DNA of 64,000 bases. Origin: an uncultured Bacteroidota bacterium (GTDB lineage Bacteria; Bacteroidota; Bacteroidia; UBA7662; CAMTUB01). Positions 50,105 through 60,270 of this stretch are shown here, one piece after another. How positions within the stretch are numbered: the first letter of the stretch is position 1; the number at the start of each line of letters is the position of its first letter. The translations under genes were made by a program, and so were the position numbers. The DNA lies in NCBI GenBank assembly GCA_947084835.1, contig CAMTUB010000016.1:9738-73737 (forward strand), read 5' to 3'. A model generated the notes under the pieces. The model searched no databases and was not told the origin of the DNA. It saw nothing but the letters and a program-made list of their open reading frames with translations.

Positions 50105-51601
50105 ATGATTAAGAAGTTAGCGGGACAAACAGCCATTTATGGCTTGAGTAGCATGGTAGCCCGTTTGCTGAATTATTTTTTAGTTCCCCTTCATACTGCA
50201 TATTTAAGCCAAGCAGAATACGGTATTAACACCGATATGTATGCTTGGGTAAGTTTTTTGAATATAGTTTTCATTTTTGGATTAGAAACCGCCTTTTTTC
50301 GTTTTGGAGCTTTAGCAGAAAATCGAAAAAAAACATTCGATGCTGGAGTTAGTTTTTTAGCTGTTTCAACACTCTTATTTACCTGCTCACTTTGGTTTTT
50401 TTCGGATTCTATAGCATCGTGGATGCAGTATCCTGGAAGAGAAAATTATATTAAATGGTTTGCGTTAATTTTGGCATTCGATACAATGGCTGCATTGCCA
50501 TTTGCAAAACTACGATTAGAGCAGCGCCCCATTAAATTTGTATCCATTAAGGTGGTTAACATCTTAATAAACATCTCGTTAAATTTATTTTTCTTTTTAA
50601 TAGTTCAAAAAAGCAATGCAAGTTGGGCCTTAACCATTAAAAGTTGGCTTCCAGGCAATAGCATGGTTGGATATATATTTTTAGCAAATTTAATTGCAAA
50701 CGGATCAACCCTTTTATTGTTAATTGGTGAGTTTAAGTCGATTGTTTTTAAAATTGACAAAGCGTTTACAAAACAACTCGTTTTTTATGGCTTACCCCTA
50801 ATGATTGCAGGTTTTGCGGGCATGATTAATGAAATGCTTGATAGGATTTTATTGAAGTTTTACTTGCCATTGCCAACAATAGAAGCCCTAGCACAAACAG
50901 GAATTTATGGCGCTGTGTATAAATTGGCGGTACTTATGGCGCTTTTTACACAAACTTTTAGGATGGCTGCAGAGCCTTTTTTCTTTGAACAGGCCAAACA
51001 GAAAAACGCCAAGTTGATTTATTCGCGCATGATGAATTGGTTTGTAGCAGCAGGTTCGATAGTTGTTGTGTTTGTGTTAATATTTATAGATGTTTTTAAA
51101 GGCTTTATTGATGAAAAATTTTGGTCCGGACTCCCTGCAGTTGGCCCTTTAATTTTCTCGTATCTTTTTTTGGGCATTTACTATAATTTATCCATTTGGT
51201 ATAAACTTTCTGATAACACCCGATGGGGAATGTATTTCGCTTTTATAGGAGTTGGGATAACGGTTTTAGGAAACATTTTAACCATTCCAGTTTACGGATA
51301 TATGGGTAGTGCGTATACCACCTTGGTGTGCTATTTTGTAATAGCAATCTTGTGTTATATCATCGGTCAGCGAAAGTTTTCTGTACCTTATCAAGTAGGT
51401 AAAATCACTATTTATATAGTTGGGGCATTTTTTACATGGGAGTTTCAAGACCAGTTGCTTTATTTTGGATTAATAAATAATCCATTTTGGGCATATGGCA
51501 TTAAAATAGCTATATTTTTATCTTTTACTTTTGCTATTTTGGCAACCGAATACATACAGTTTTTTAAAGAAAAAACGATTCTTGAGTCCGATGAAAGTTA
51601 A
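50105..51601 (+). CDS. Polysaccharide biosynthesis flippase (MOP/Wzx family)
   Basis: [43 protein letters not shown]; many TMs. Confidence 0.88.
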   Translation: MIKKLAGQTAIYGLSSMVARLLNYFLVPLHTAYLSQAEYGINTDMYAWVSFLNIVFIFGLETAFFRFGALAENRKKTFDAGVSFLAVSTLLFTCSLWFFSDSIASWMQYPGRENYIKWFALILAFDTMAALPFAKLRLEQRPIKFVSIKVVNILINISLNLFFFLIVQKSNASWALTIKSWLPGNSMVGYIFLANLIANGSTLLLLIGEFKSIVFKIDKAFTKQLVFYGLPLMIAGFAGMINEMLDRILLKFYLPLPTIEALAQTGIYGAVYKLAVLMALFTQTFRMAAEPFFFEQAKQKNAKLIYSRMMNWFVAAGSIVVVFVLIFIDVFKGFIDEKFWSGLPAVGPLIFSYLFLGIYYNLSIWYKLSDNTRWGMYFAFIGVGITVLGNILTIPVYGYMGSAYTTLVCYFVIAILCYIIGQRKFSVPYQVGKITIYIVGAFFTWEFQDQLLYFGLINNPFWAYGIKIAIFLSFTFAILATEYIQFFKEKTILESDES

Positions 51602-52025
51602 AGTTATTAATACAAGTAAGCATGCATTGCCTGAATATGCAACAATTGCATCTGCAGGTTTAGATTTGCGTGCAAATATTGATAATGCAGTGATGATAAA
51701 TCCATTAGAAAGAAAGTTGATTCCTACTGGGCTTTTTATTGAATTGCCCATTGGGTATGAAGCACAAATCCGACCAAGAAGTGGTCTGGCATTTAACAAG
51801 GGAGTAACAGTTTTAAACTCACCTGGCACAGTTGATGCAGATTATCGAGGAGAGATAAAAGTATTATTAGTGAATTTATCAAATCAGGCTTTTGAAGTAG
51901 CTGATGGTGAGCGAATAGCGCAAATGATAGTGGCCAAACACGAAACCATTGTTTGGGAGAAGACCGAAGAATTAACAAATACAAATAGAGGCGCAGGTGG
52001 TTACGGCCATACTGGCATTAAATAG
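51591..52025 (+). CDS. dut: dUTP diphosphatase
   Basis: [36 protein letters not shown]. Confidence 0.97.
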   Translation: MKVKVINTSKHALPEYATIASAGLDLRANIDNAVMINPLERKLIPTGLFIELPIGYEAQIRPRSGLAFNKGVTVLNSPGTVDADYRGEIKVLLVNLSNQAFEVADGERIAQMIVAKHETIVWEKTEELTNTNRGAGGYGHTGIK

Positions 52026-52048
52026 TTTAAAAGAACACATTTAGGAAA

Positions 52049-53053
52049 ATGAAAATTATTATCCCAATGGCTGGAATGGGCAAAAGAATGCGCCCACATA
52101 CATTAACCATACCAAAACCGTTAATTCCGATTGCAGGAAAATCGATTGTTCATAGATTAGTTGAAGATATTTCTAAAGTAGTTGATTCAGAAATCGATGA
52201 AATTGCTTTTATTATTAATCCAGCATTTGGCCCCGAAGCTGAAAGTCAGTTGAAAGAAATTGCAAACGATGTAAATGCAAAGTGCTCAATTTATTATCAA
52301 AGCGAGGCTTTAGGAACAGCCCACGCAATCATGTGTGCTGAGCCTTCGATATCGGGCAATGTGGTAGTTGCTTTTGCAGATACACTTTTCAAAGCAGATT
52401 TTATATTAGACACTACAAAAGATGGCATAATATGGGTTAAGCAAGTTGAAGATCCACGCCAATTTGGAGTGGTAAAGATGAACTCGAACAACGATATAAT
52501 GGAGTTTCATGAAAAGCCTGAGGACTTTATTTCTGATTTAGCAATTATTGGAATCTATTATTTTAAAGATGGAGATTACCTGCGTTCTGAGCTTAAATAT
52601 TTGTTAGATAACGATATTAAAGATAAAGGAGAATATCAGCTAACCAATGCCTTAGAAAATATGAAAAACAAAGGCACTGTATTTTCGGCAGGAAAAGTTA
52701 CAGAGTGGCTCGATTGCGGAAATAAAAATGCAACCGTTTATACCAATCAGCGCTATTTAGAGTTTATAAGAAATCAAGATTTGGTTTCAGATACAGCAAA
52801 AATTATAAATTCAATTGTAATAGAGCCATGTTTCATTGATGATAATGTTGTGATTGAAAATTCAGTAGTTGGCCCACATGTCTCTATCGGAAAATCAACT
52901 AAAATAGTAAATTGTAGAATTTCAAACAGTATTGTGCAAGAATCAGCTGTTATCCAAAACTTAGTTTTAGATAATTCTATGATAGGTAATCATGTTCAAA
53001 TAACCCGCCTCCCAACCGATTTAAACCTTGGAGATTATAATACGTTCTCGTAA
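52049..53053 (+). CDS. Sugar-phosphate nucleotidyltransferase with C-terminal LbH repeats
   Basis: IIPMAGMGKRMRP...PKPL, LGTAHA, EKP, WLDCG. Confidence 0.9.
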   Translation: MKIIIPMAGMGKRMRPHTLTIPKPLIPIAGKSIVHRLVEDISKVVDSEIDEIAFIINPAFGPEAESQLKEIANDVNAKCSIYYQSEALGTAHAIMCAEPSISGNVVVAFADTLFKADFILDTTKDGIIWVKQVEDPRQFGVVKMNSNNDIMEFHEKPEDFISDLAIIGIYYFKDGDYLRSELKYLLDNDIKDKGEYQLTNALENMKNKGTVFSAGKVTEWLDCGNKNATVYTNQRYLEFIRNQDLVSDTAKIINSIVIEPCFIDDNVVIENSVVGPHVSIGKSTKIVNCRISNSIVQESAVIQNLVLDNSMIGNHVQITRLPTDLNLGDYNTFS

Positions 53054-54761
53054 ACTTGCTTTTCTTGGAGCAGTTTTTTTACTTTCATCCTTTTTTTCTT
53101 TAGCTCAAAAGAAGAATGGAGTTCAGCTTGATGCTAAAACAAAAGACGCTATTGACCAATTGTTTTTTGAAGCTCAAAATGAAAAATCTATCGGAAATAC
53201 CGAAAAGGCAAAGGGCTTTTATAAGCAACTTTTAAAATTAGATCCAAATAATGCAGTTGCCTATTTTGATATTGCAAGGTTTGAAATGGGTGCAAATAAT
53301 TTATTCGAAGCACTCATTAATGCAAAACGAGCATGCGAACTAGAACCTACAAACGAACTTTTTCTAAATGTATTAACCGATTTAAATGTAAAACTTGGAA
53401 ACTATAAAGACGCAAATAAGAATTTTAATACATTAATTAAATTATCGGCTTCTATAGTTTCTTATTATTATCAAAAAATAGAATACAATTTAAATTCGAA
53501 ACAATATGCTGAGGCACATGCAACTTTAGATAAACTTGAAAAGATTGAAGGCTTAAATCTACAATCAACTTCTATCCGATTTCAAGTTTTTGCTTCTCAG
53601 AATAAGTCGAATAAAGGAATAGAGGCTGCTAGGAAATTAAGCAATTCTGATCCTAAAAATGTTGATTATTTGCTGTTTTTAGGTCAAGTTTTGTATCAAT
53701 TTAATTACTTAAACGATGCCCAAGCAGTATTCGAAAACCTACTTAAAAAAGGGGAAACGGATGCCAAAATATATTTGGCACTTTCTGATATTTATTTTCA
53801 AAAGGGAGATAAGGTTTTAGCATTTCAAATGCTAAAACGCTCTTTTGAGGGTTCAGATATTGATATAGATGTCAAAATGGGGTTTATATTAAACCTTATC
53901 AACCAGTCAAATAAAAATGCTGATAAGCTTGATCAAGCATTAGAGTTATCTCAAATTTTAACTAAAGTACATAGCGATGATCCAAAAGCGTATTCAGTTT
54001 TGGGCGATATTTACAACCTTAAAGGATTACCTGCAGAAGCACGTTTAAATTACAAAAAAGCAATTGAAATCGATGAAACCTCTCGGTTTCCCATTTGGGA
54101 ACAATTATTGATTTTAGACTTGCAAATTAACGATACCCTTCAAACAGAAAAAGATGCTGCCAAAGCTCTCGAGCTTTTTCCGAATCAACCCTTAGTGTAT
54201 TATGTAAATGCAGCAACAATGTCTGCCAAAGGCAATGATAAAAAAGCTGCAGAAATATTAAAAAACGGCTCGCTATATTTAATCGAATCGGATGAGATTT
54301 ATGTGCAATACTATGCTTTAATGGGCGATATTTATCACAAATTAGCAATTCACGATAAATCAGATGCTGCATTCGAAAAGGCGTTGAAAAAGAATCCAAA
54401 CGAGCCGTACATCTTAAATAACTACGCCTATTACTTATCAATTCGAAAAGAGAAACTGGATCAAGCATCCATTATGTCTCGCAAAACAATCGAACTTGAA
54501 CCCAATAGCTCTTCTTTTTTAGATACCTATGCTTGGATTCTATTTGTTCAGAATAAATATGCTGAAGCTTTAATTTATATTGAAAAAGCGTACGATGCTG
54601 GAGGTAGTTCAAGTAGCACTATAGTAGAACATTTTGGCGACATTCTTTTTTTAAATGGAAAGCAAGAAAAAGCAAATGATTTTTGGAAAAAAGCCAAAGA
54701 GCTTGGAAGCAATTCTGAAAATCTGATGAAAAAGATAGCTACGAAAAAGTATGTTGAATAA
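53028..54761 (+). CDS. Tetratricopeptide repeat protein
   Basis: Multiple TPR units, LNNYAYYLS, DTYAWIL, EHFGD; start uncertain. Confidence 0.88.
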   Translation: MEIIIRSRKLAFLGAVFLLSSFFSLAQKKNGVQLDAKTKDAIDQLFFEAQNEKSIGNTEKAKGFYKQLLKLDPNNAVAYFDIARFEMGANNLFEALINAKRACELEPTNELFLNVLTDLNVKLGNYKDANKNFNTLIKLSASIVSYYYQKIEYNLNSKQYAEAHATLDKLEKIEGLNLQSTSIRFQVFASQNKSNKGIEAARKLSNSDPKNVDYLLFLGQVLYQFNYLNDAQAVFENLLKKGETDAKIYLALSDIYFQKGDKVLAFQMLKRSFEGSDIDIDVKMGFILNLINQSNKNADKLDQALELSQILTKVHSDDPKAYSVLGDIYNLKGLPAEARLNYKKAIEIDETSRFPIWEQLLILDLQINDTLQTEKDAAKALELFPNQPLVYYVNAATMSAKGNDKKAAEILKNGSLYLIESDEIYVQYYALMGDIYHKLAIHDKSDAAFEKALKKNPNEPYILNNYAYYLSIRKEKLDQASIMSRKTIELEPNSSSFLDTYAWILFVQNKYAEALIYIEKAYDAGGSSSSTIVEHFGDILFLNGKQEKANDFWKKAKELGSNSENLMKKIATKKYVE

Positions 54762-55533
54762 GATTAAGTTTATCGTTGTTTTCATTAGTTTTTTGGTTGG
54801 ATGTAAATCGAAAAAAGAGTTTATCGAAAGCGCCAAAAAGGATCAAATGAAAAGTGCCGCACCGGTTGCAATAAAGGATACAACATTTTTAAAGCTTCTC
54901 AATGAAAGCGATTTTGTATTTAATGAAATCAGCATAAACGGCAAATTGGCGATTAGCTTCGAAAACGATGAACAAAAATCAAACATCACCTTTAGAATAA
55001 AAAAAGATAGCGTTATTTGGTTGTCAATTAGAGCAATTGCGGGAATAGAAATTATTCGAGCATCTATAACCCAAGATTCAATTTACTTTATTAATCGATT
55101 AGAGAAAGAATACTCTATAAAACCTTTTTCATTTATATATTCAATAACTGGTGTTCATTTGCAGTTTTCGCAACTTCAAGCCTTATTATTGGGTAACAGT
55201 AATTCGTGGCTAAATTCTAGTAATATCACAAACGATAGTATTGGTGGATACAAAATGAGTTTAAGTGAAAATGTTTGTCTGAATTTTAAAATTGATGATA
55301 AAATCAATAAAATTGATGCGTTAAAGGCTGTTAATTTGGCAGATTCAAAAATGCTTGAGTTACGCTATTTAAAATTTCAGAAATTAAATTCCAAATACTT
55401 GCCAACTGAAATTATCTGTACAGCCATTACCAACAAGCAGTTAAAGTTTGAATTGGGGTACGATAAATTTACATTTGATGAAAATATGAATTACCCTTTC
55501 ACTATACCAGCAAAATACAAACATGTTGAATAA
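54751..55533 (+). CDS. DUF4292-like lipoprotein
   Basis: Lipobox LVGC, RIKKDSVIWLS, LQALLLG, PFTIPAKY. Confidence 0.82.
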   Translation: MLNKIKFIVVFISFLVGCKSKKEFIESAKKDQMKSAAPVAIKDTTFLKLLNESDFVFNEISINGKLAISFENDEQKSNITFRIKKDSVIWLSIRAIAGIEIIRASITQDSIYFINRLEKEYSIKPFSFIYSITGVHLQFSQLQALLLGNSNSWLNSSNITNDSIGGYKMSLSENVCLNFKIDDKINKIDALKAVNLADSKMLELRYLKFQKLNSKYLPTEIICTAITNKQLKFELGYDKFTFDENMNYPFTIPAKYKHVE

Positions 55534-56800
55534 GGCAATTTGCATTTTATTTGTAGTATTGGGATTCAGCATAAATTTATTTGCTCAAAACTCAACTATT
55601 AAAAAAAAGCAACTTGAAGAGAAAAGGTTTGAGCTTTTAAGAGAAATAGATTTTACTAGAAAGCAGTTAAACGACATCAGGAAACAAGCTAAAGTGAACA
55701 TGTCGCGGCTTAATTTGCTTAAAGAGCAAATCGTAAACCGCGAAAAAATGATCGTGAATATCAACGATGAACTTTCGGTTTTGAGCAGTGAAATTACTTC
55801 AACAGAAAATGTGGTTTCTTCGCTTCAAAACGATTTAGATAAATATAGAAAAGAGTATGCTGCCATGGTTCAGGAAGCGTACAAAAACAAAAGCAATACC
55901 CAGCCTTTCCTCTTTATTGTAACCGCTGAGAGCTTTAACCAAGCTTGGAAAAGACTTAGGTATTTACAAGATTATAGAACTTTTAGAGAGAAACAAGGGA
56001 GATTAATTAGTCAGACCCAAGAATCTTTAGCTCAAAAAATAAACATTCTCCAGAGCAAAAAACACGAAAAGGAGTCGCTTAAAGGACAAGAAATTACCCA
56101 AAAAAATCTATTGCAAGTCGAGTCTGAAAAAAAGAATAAGGTTGTTATTGAGCTCAAAAAAGATGAAAAAAAGCTGTTGGCAGATTTAAAAAGCAAAAGC
56201 GCTGCTAATGATCGTTTAAATAAAGCCATTGAAGACGTAATTCGAAAAGAAATCGCAGAGGCAAGGGCACTTGCAAAATCTAAAAAGCCAACATCAATCT
56301 CAAAAGAAGATTCTAAACCTGAACTATCAAGCCCGAATAAATCTGAACCATTATTGAGTAGTACGCCTGAGGCATTAGCGTTGTCTAGTAGTTTCGAATC
56401 TAACAAAGGAAGATTGCCTTGGCCTGTTTCAAGAGGATTTATAACACAAGAGTATGGCGAACATTTTCATCCCGTGTTAAAAAATGTTAAAGTAAAAAAC
56501 AACGGAATAAATATTAAAACCCAATCCACTGAAAAAGTTAAAGCAATTTTTAAAGGAGAGGTTACAGGAATTGTTACTATTCCGGGAATGCAACGCGTAA
56601 TAATTATTAGGCACGGTGGATATTTAAGTGTTTACGCGCATTTAAAAGATGTTTTTGTAAAACTTGGCCAGAATGTCGATTCTAAACAAGAAATCGGAAG
56701 TGTTTTTTCTGACGATGAAAATAATGAAACTGAGGTGCATCTAGAAATTTGGAAAGGCACCAATAAACTTGATCCGCAAATTTGGATATTGGCAAAGTGA
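55523..56800 (+). CDS. EnvC-like murein hydrolase activator (coiled coil + M23 domain)
   Basis: Long coiled coil, KGRLPWPV, NNGINI, IRHGGYLSVY, HLEIW. Confidence 0.9.
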   Translation: MLNKAICILFVVLGFSINLFAQNSTIKKKQLEEKRFELLREIDFTRKQLNDIRKQAKVNMSRLNLLKEQIVNREKMIVNINDELSVLSSEITSTENVVSSLQNDLDKYRKEYAAMVQEAYKNKSNTQPFLFIVTAESFNQAWKRLRYLQDYRTFREKQGRLISQTQESLAQKINILQSKKHEKESLKGQEITQKNLLQVESEKKNKVVIELKKDEKKLLADLKSKSAANDRLNKAIEDVIRKEIAEARALAKSKKPTSISKEDSKPELSSPNKSEPLLSSTPEALALSSSFESNKGRLPWPVSRGFITQEYGEHFHPVLKNVKVKNNGINIKTQSTEKVKAIFKGEVTGIVTIPGMQRVIIIRHGGYLSVYAHLKDVFVKLGQNVDSKQEIGSVFSDDENNETEVHLEIWKGTNKLDPQIWILAK

Positions 56801-56860
56801 TGTGAATCAACCATTTTTTTAATTTTAAACCGTAACTTTGCACTTTAAACCTTTTGGTAC

Positions 56861-57076
56861 ATGACTAACGCCATATTTTTATTTTTACAAGGACTAGGTA
56901 GTGGTGAACTACTTGTTATTTTATTTATCATACTTTTGCTTTTTGGAGCCAAAAAAATCCCTGATTTAGCCCGCGGTTTAGGAAAAGGTATTCGCGAATT
57001 TAAAGATGCGTCTGCTGGTATTAAACGTGAAATTGAATCAGAAATTAACAAAGATCCGGAAGACAAAAAGAACTAA
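56861..57076 (+). CDS. tatA: Twin-arginine translocase TatA
   Basis: [24 protein letters not shown]. Confidence 0.95.
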   Translation: MTNAIFLFLQGLGSGELLVILFIILLLFGAKKIPDLARGLGKGIREFKDASAGIKREIESEINKDPEDKKN

Positions 57077-57078
57077 TC

Positions 57079-58509
57079 TTGAGAAAATATGCTAGCCTGT
57101 TTGAAGTGCAGGATGATTTGTATTCAAACCAAACCACATGTGTTGAATTGGTAAAGTATTACCTGAATCGTATTTCAGAAAATGCAGTTTTAAATGCGTT
57201 TTTAGAAGTTTTTGATGCAGATGCTTTGGCACAGGCTACGTTTATTGATTCTAAAATTAAAACCAAAACTGCCGGCAGATTAGCAGGAATGGTTATCGGC
57301 ATTAAAGATAATATTGCCTACAAAGGGCACAAGTTTTCAGCTTCTTCTAGAATATTAGAGGGCTTTGAATCGGTTTATTCATCAACTGTAGTTGAAAGGT
57401 TGTTGAAAGAAGATGCAATAATTATTGGTAGATTAAATTGCGATGAATTTGCGATGGGTTCATCTAATGAGAATTCAGCTTTTGGCAAAGTTTTACACCC
57501 ATTAGATCACAGTAGAGTTCCGGGTGGTTCGTCTGGTGGTTCAGCTGTTGCAGTTGCTGCCGATTTGTGTTTAGCAACTTTAGGTTCAGACACAGGCGGG
57601 TCAATCCGTCAGCCAGCTGCATTTTGCGGGGTGTATGGCTTAAAACCAACCTACGGACGTGTTTCTCGGTATGGAATAATTGCTTTTGCGTCTTCATTTG
57701 ATCAAGTTGGCCCGTTTACGCGCTCCTTATCTGATGCAGCCATTCTAACAGAAGTTATGTCTGGTGTGGATGGTTTTGATGCAACATTAAGCAGATTGCC
57801 TGCTCCAGTATTGTTACCCATTGAAAAATCAAAAGGCAAGAAAAGAATCGCAGTTATAAAAGACCTTGTAGCTCAAGGCGGCTTGCATCAAGCAGTAATT
57901 GATACCTATTTGGCTTCAATTGAAAAGTTGAAACTAGCTGGGAACATAGTTGAAGAGGTTTCTTTCGATTATATAAAATACACCGTTCCAGCATATTACA
58001 TGTTAACTACGGCAGAAGCATCATCCAACTTATCGCGTTTTGGTGGAGTAGTTTATGGCTATAGAAGCGACAAGTCTGTTGACTTAGATTCGACATACAA
58101 GAAATCTAGAACAGAAGGTTTTGGAGCAGAAGTTAAAAGAAGAATTATGCTCGGCACTTTTGTTTTAAGCGAAGGCTTTTTCGATGCCTACTATACCAAA
58201 GCACAGAAAGTTAGGCGTGTTTTACGCAATAAATTAGCAGTAATACTTCAAGATTATGAAGCATTACTGCTCCCTTCAACGCCATCTCCAGCCTTTAAAT
58301 TTGGTGAAAAATCGAAAGATCCAATTGAAATGTATCTTGAAGACATATTTACTGTATTAGCAAACCTTACCGGGATGCCTGCTATTTCAGTTCCTTGTGC
58401 AGTTGATGCTGACAATATGCCAATTGGGATGCAGATTATTGTAAACAATTTCGAAGAAAAAAAACTATTCGAATGTGCGCAAGAACTTGAAACTATTTGG
58501 AAAACTTAA
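57079..58509 (+). CDS. gatA: Asp/Glu-tRNA amidotransferase subunit A
   Basis: IKDNI, DEFAMGSS, PGGSSGGSA, GSDTGGSIRQP, EVKRRIMLG, DAYYTKAQKVR. Confidence 0.95.
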   Translation: MRKYASLFEVQDDLYSNQTTCVELVKYYLNRISENAVLNAFLEVFDADALAQATFIDSKIKTKTAGRLAGMVIGIKDNIAYKGHKFSASSRILEGFESVYSSTVVERLLKEDAIIIGRLNCDEFAMGSSNENSAFGKVLHPLDHSRVPGGSSGGSAVAVAADLCLATLGSDTGGSIRQPAAFCGVYGLKPTYGRVSRYGIIAFASSFDQVGPFTRSLSDAAILTEVMSGVDGFDATLSRLPAPVLLPIEKSKGKKRIAVIKDLVAQGGLHQAVIDTYLASIEKLKLAGNIVEEVSFDYIKYTVPAYYMLTTAEASSNLSRFGGVVYGYRSDKSVDLDSTYKKSRTEGFGAEVKRRIMLGTFVLSEGFFDAYYTKAQKVRRVLRNKLAVILQDYEALLLPSTPSPAFKFGEKSKDPIEMYLEDIFTVLANLTGMPAISVPCAVDADNMPIGMQIIVNNFEEKKLFECAQELETIWKT

Positions 58510-58619
58510 CGGTTACACATTTAGATTTCCTTAAAATATAGCGTAGAAATACTTTTTGTATTTTTTGTACGTATATTGTGAACTTGAATATTTGGATTTA
58601 ACCCTTTAAATAGTAATCT

Positions 58620-60218
58620 ATGAAGTTAAAAAGCTATGGATTAGTCCTGTTATTGTTTTGTGCGACCCCTGCTATAACGTATGGGCAAGAAGTAATAACT
58701 GGAAGTGATGAAATTAGCATTGATAAAGAAAGTGAGCAAATCGTAAGAGCTTTAGATAGCTTAACAAACCTTCACCTTTTTGATCTTAAGCAAAGACAAA
58801 CAACAGTTAAGAGGTTAAATAAGTATGGATTTAAACCAGAAGACATTCCTGCATATGAAAATAGCGTTTACGATTACCGTATACGCCATTTAGACGGAGG
58901 TATACCAATGCAGTTTAACGCACATGTTAAGGGGTATATCGACTTATATGCAATTAAAAAACGCAACTCAACCGAAAGAGTTTTAGGCTTATCTCAGTAT
59001 TATTTCCCAGTTTTTGAAGAAGAACTTGAAAAAGCAAATTTGCCTCATGCGCTAAAGTATTTGGCAATTGTTGAATCGGCATTAAACCCATTTGCAGTTT
59101 CTCCGGTGGGAGCTACTGGTATTTGGCAGTTTATGTTTGGTACCGGAAAAATGTATGATTTGAAGGTAAATTACTATCAAGACGATAGAAAAGACCCACA
59201 CAAAGCAACATTAGCAGCTACCAAGTTTTTTAAAGACTTATATTCTATATATGGAGATTGGCTTTTAGTGGTTGCAGCCTATAACTGCGGACCAGGAAAT
59301 GTAAATAAGGCCATCCGTAAATCGGGTGGCAAAATGGACTTTTGGTCTATTAGCCCATATTTACCTCAAGAAACTAGAGGATATGTTCCAGCATTCATAG
59401 CTGTAAATTACGTTATGTCCTATGCAGCTGAGCATAATTTATATCCAATGCCATTGAAAACGTTGCCAAATGCAACAGATATTGTTATGGTAAAAGGGCC
59501 TGTTAATTTATCTCAAATATCAGAACAGTTAGACATGACAGAGGATTTAATTGCTCTATTGAACCCATCTCTGAAATTGAAAATGATTCCTCAGTCATTT
59601 GATACATATCCAGTTCGATTACCTATTAAATTGGTGAGTCAATGGGAGAAAGTTAAGGATACAGTTTATGCAATTGCTAGAGCGAAGTATAGCCCAGAGC
59701 CAGACTTGGTAAGAGAAGTTACGGACAGTGGTTTTATGTTGACCTCAAATGTTAAGCCTCCTAAGTCAAAAACTGAAGTTCAAAGTGGTACAGAACAAAG
59801 TACTGATTCTGAAGAAACGCCAGCTCGTAAAAGCAAGCGTGTTTCTTATACCGTTAAAAAAGGAGATAATTTAAAAGTGTTAGCTTCCAATTTTGATGTT
59901 GATATAAGTGAAATTAAATCATGGAATAACATCAAAGGGAATGTAATTCGTGTTGGACAAAAGATTACGATTATGAAACCAACAGAAGAAGTTTCTAAAT
60001 ATGCAGCGGTAGAAAATCACTCTGCATCTAAAAAACAAACTGTTGCTGTTGTGAAAGATAATTACAGTGTTTATACCGTTAAAAAGGGAGATACTTTATG
60101 GTCAATATCTCAAAAATTCTCAAAAATGACAGTTGCCGAACTTAAAAAAGTAAATAAACTTGGACATAATGGCGATAACCTTAGAGAAGGAATGAAACTT
60201 AAAGTCTTAAAAGGATAA
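58620..60218 (+). CDS. Lytic transglycosylase with two LysM domains (MltD-like)
   Basis: LAIVESAL, ATGIWQFM, AAYNCG, ETRGYVP; two YTVKKGD LysM units. Confidence 0.92.
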   Translation: MKLKSYGLVLLLFCATPAITYGQEVITGSDEISIDKESEQIVRALDSLTNLHLFDLKQRQTTVKRLNKYGFKPEDIPAYENSVYDYRIRHLDGGIPMQFNAHVKGYIDLYAIKKRNSTERVLGLSQYYFPVFEEELEKANLPHALKYLAIVESALNPFAVSPVGATGIWQFMFGTGKMYDLKVNYYQDDRKDPHKATLAATKFFKDLYSIYGDWLLVVAAYNCGPGNVNKAIRKSGGKMDFWSISPYLPQETRGYVPAFIAVNYVMSYAAEHNLYPMPLKTLPNATDIVMVKGPVNLSQISEQLDMTEDLIALLNPSLKLKMIPQSFDTYPVRLPIKLVSQWEKVKDTVYAIARAKYSPEPDLVREVTDSGFMLTSNVKPPKSKTEVQSGTEQSTDSEETPARKSKRVSYTVKKGDNLKVLASNFDVDISEIKSWNNIKGNVIRVGQKITIMKPTEEVSKYAAVENHSASKKQTVAVVKDNYSVYTVKKGDTLWSISQKFSKMTVAELKKVNKLGHNGDNLREGMKLKVLKG

Positions 60219-60222
60219 TAAC

Positions 60223-60264
60223 TTAATATAAAAAAGAGGGCTAAGCCCTCTTTTTTTATATTAA
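60223..60264. terminator. Bidirectional terminator with extended arms
   Basis: TTAATAT-A6-GAGGGC-taa-GCCCTC-T7-ATATTAA between convergent genes. Confidence 0.85.
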
Positions 60265-60270
60265 AGAGAA

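Noticed and set aside
57079-58509. gatA without adjacent gatB/gatC
   Set aside because: Dispersed gat genes and the tatA-gatA-LysM order are ordinary in Bacteroidota as far as I recall
59847-60095. Direct repeat TATACCGTTAAAAA(A/G)GGAGATA
   Set aside because: Explained by the two LysM domains (YTVKKGD)
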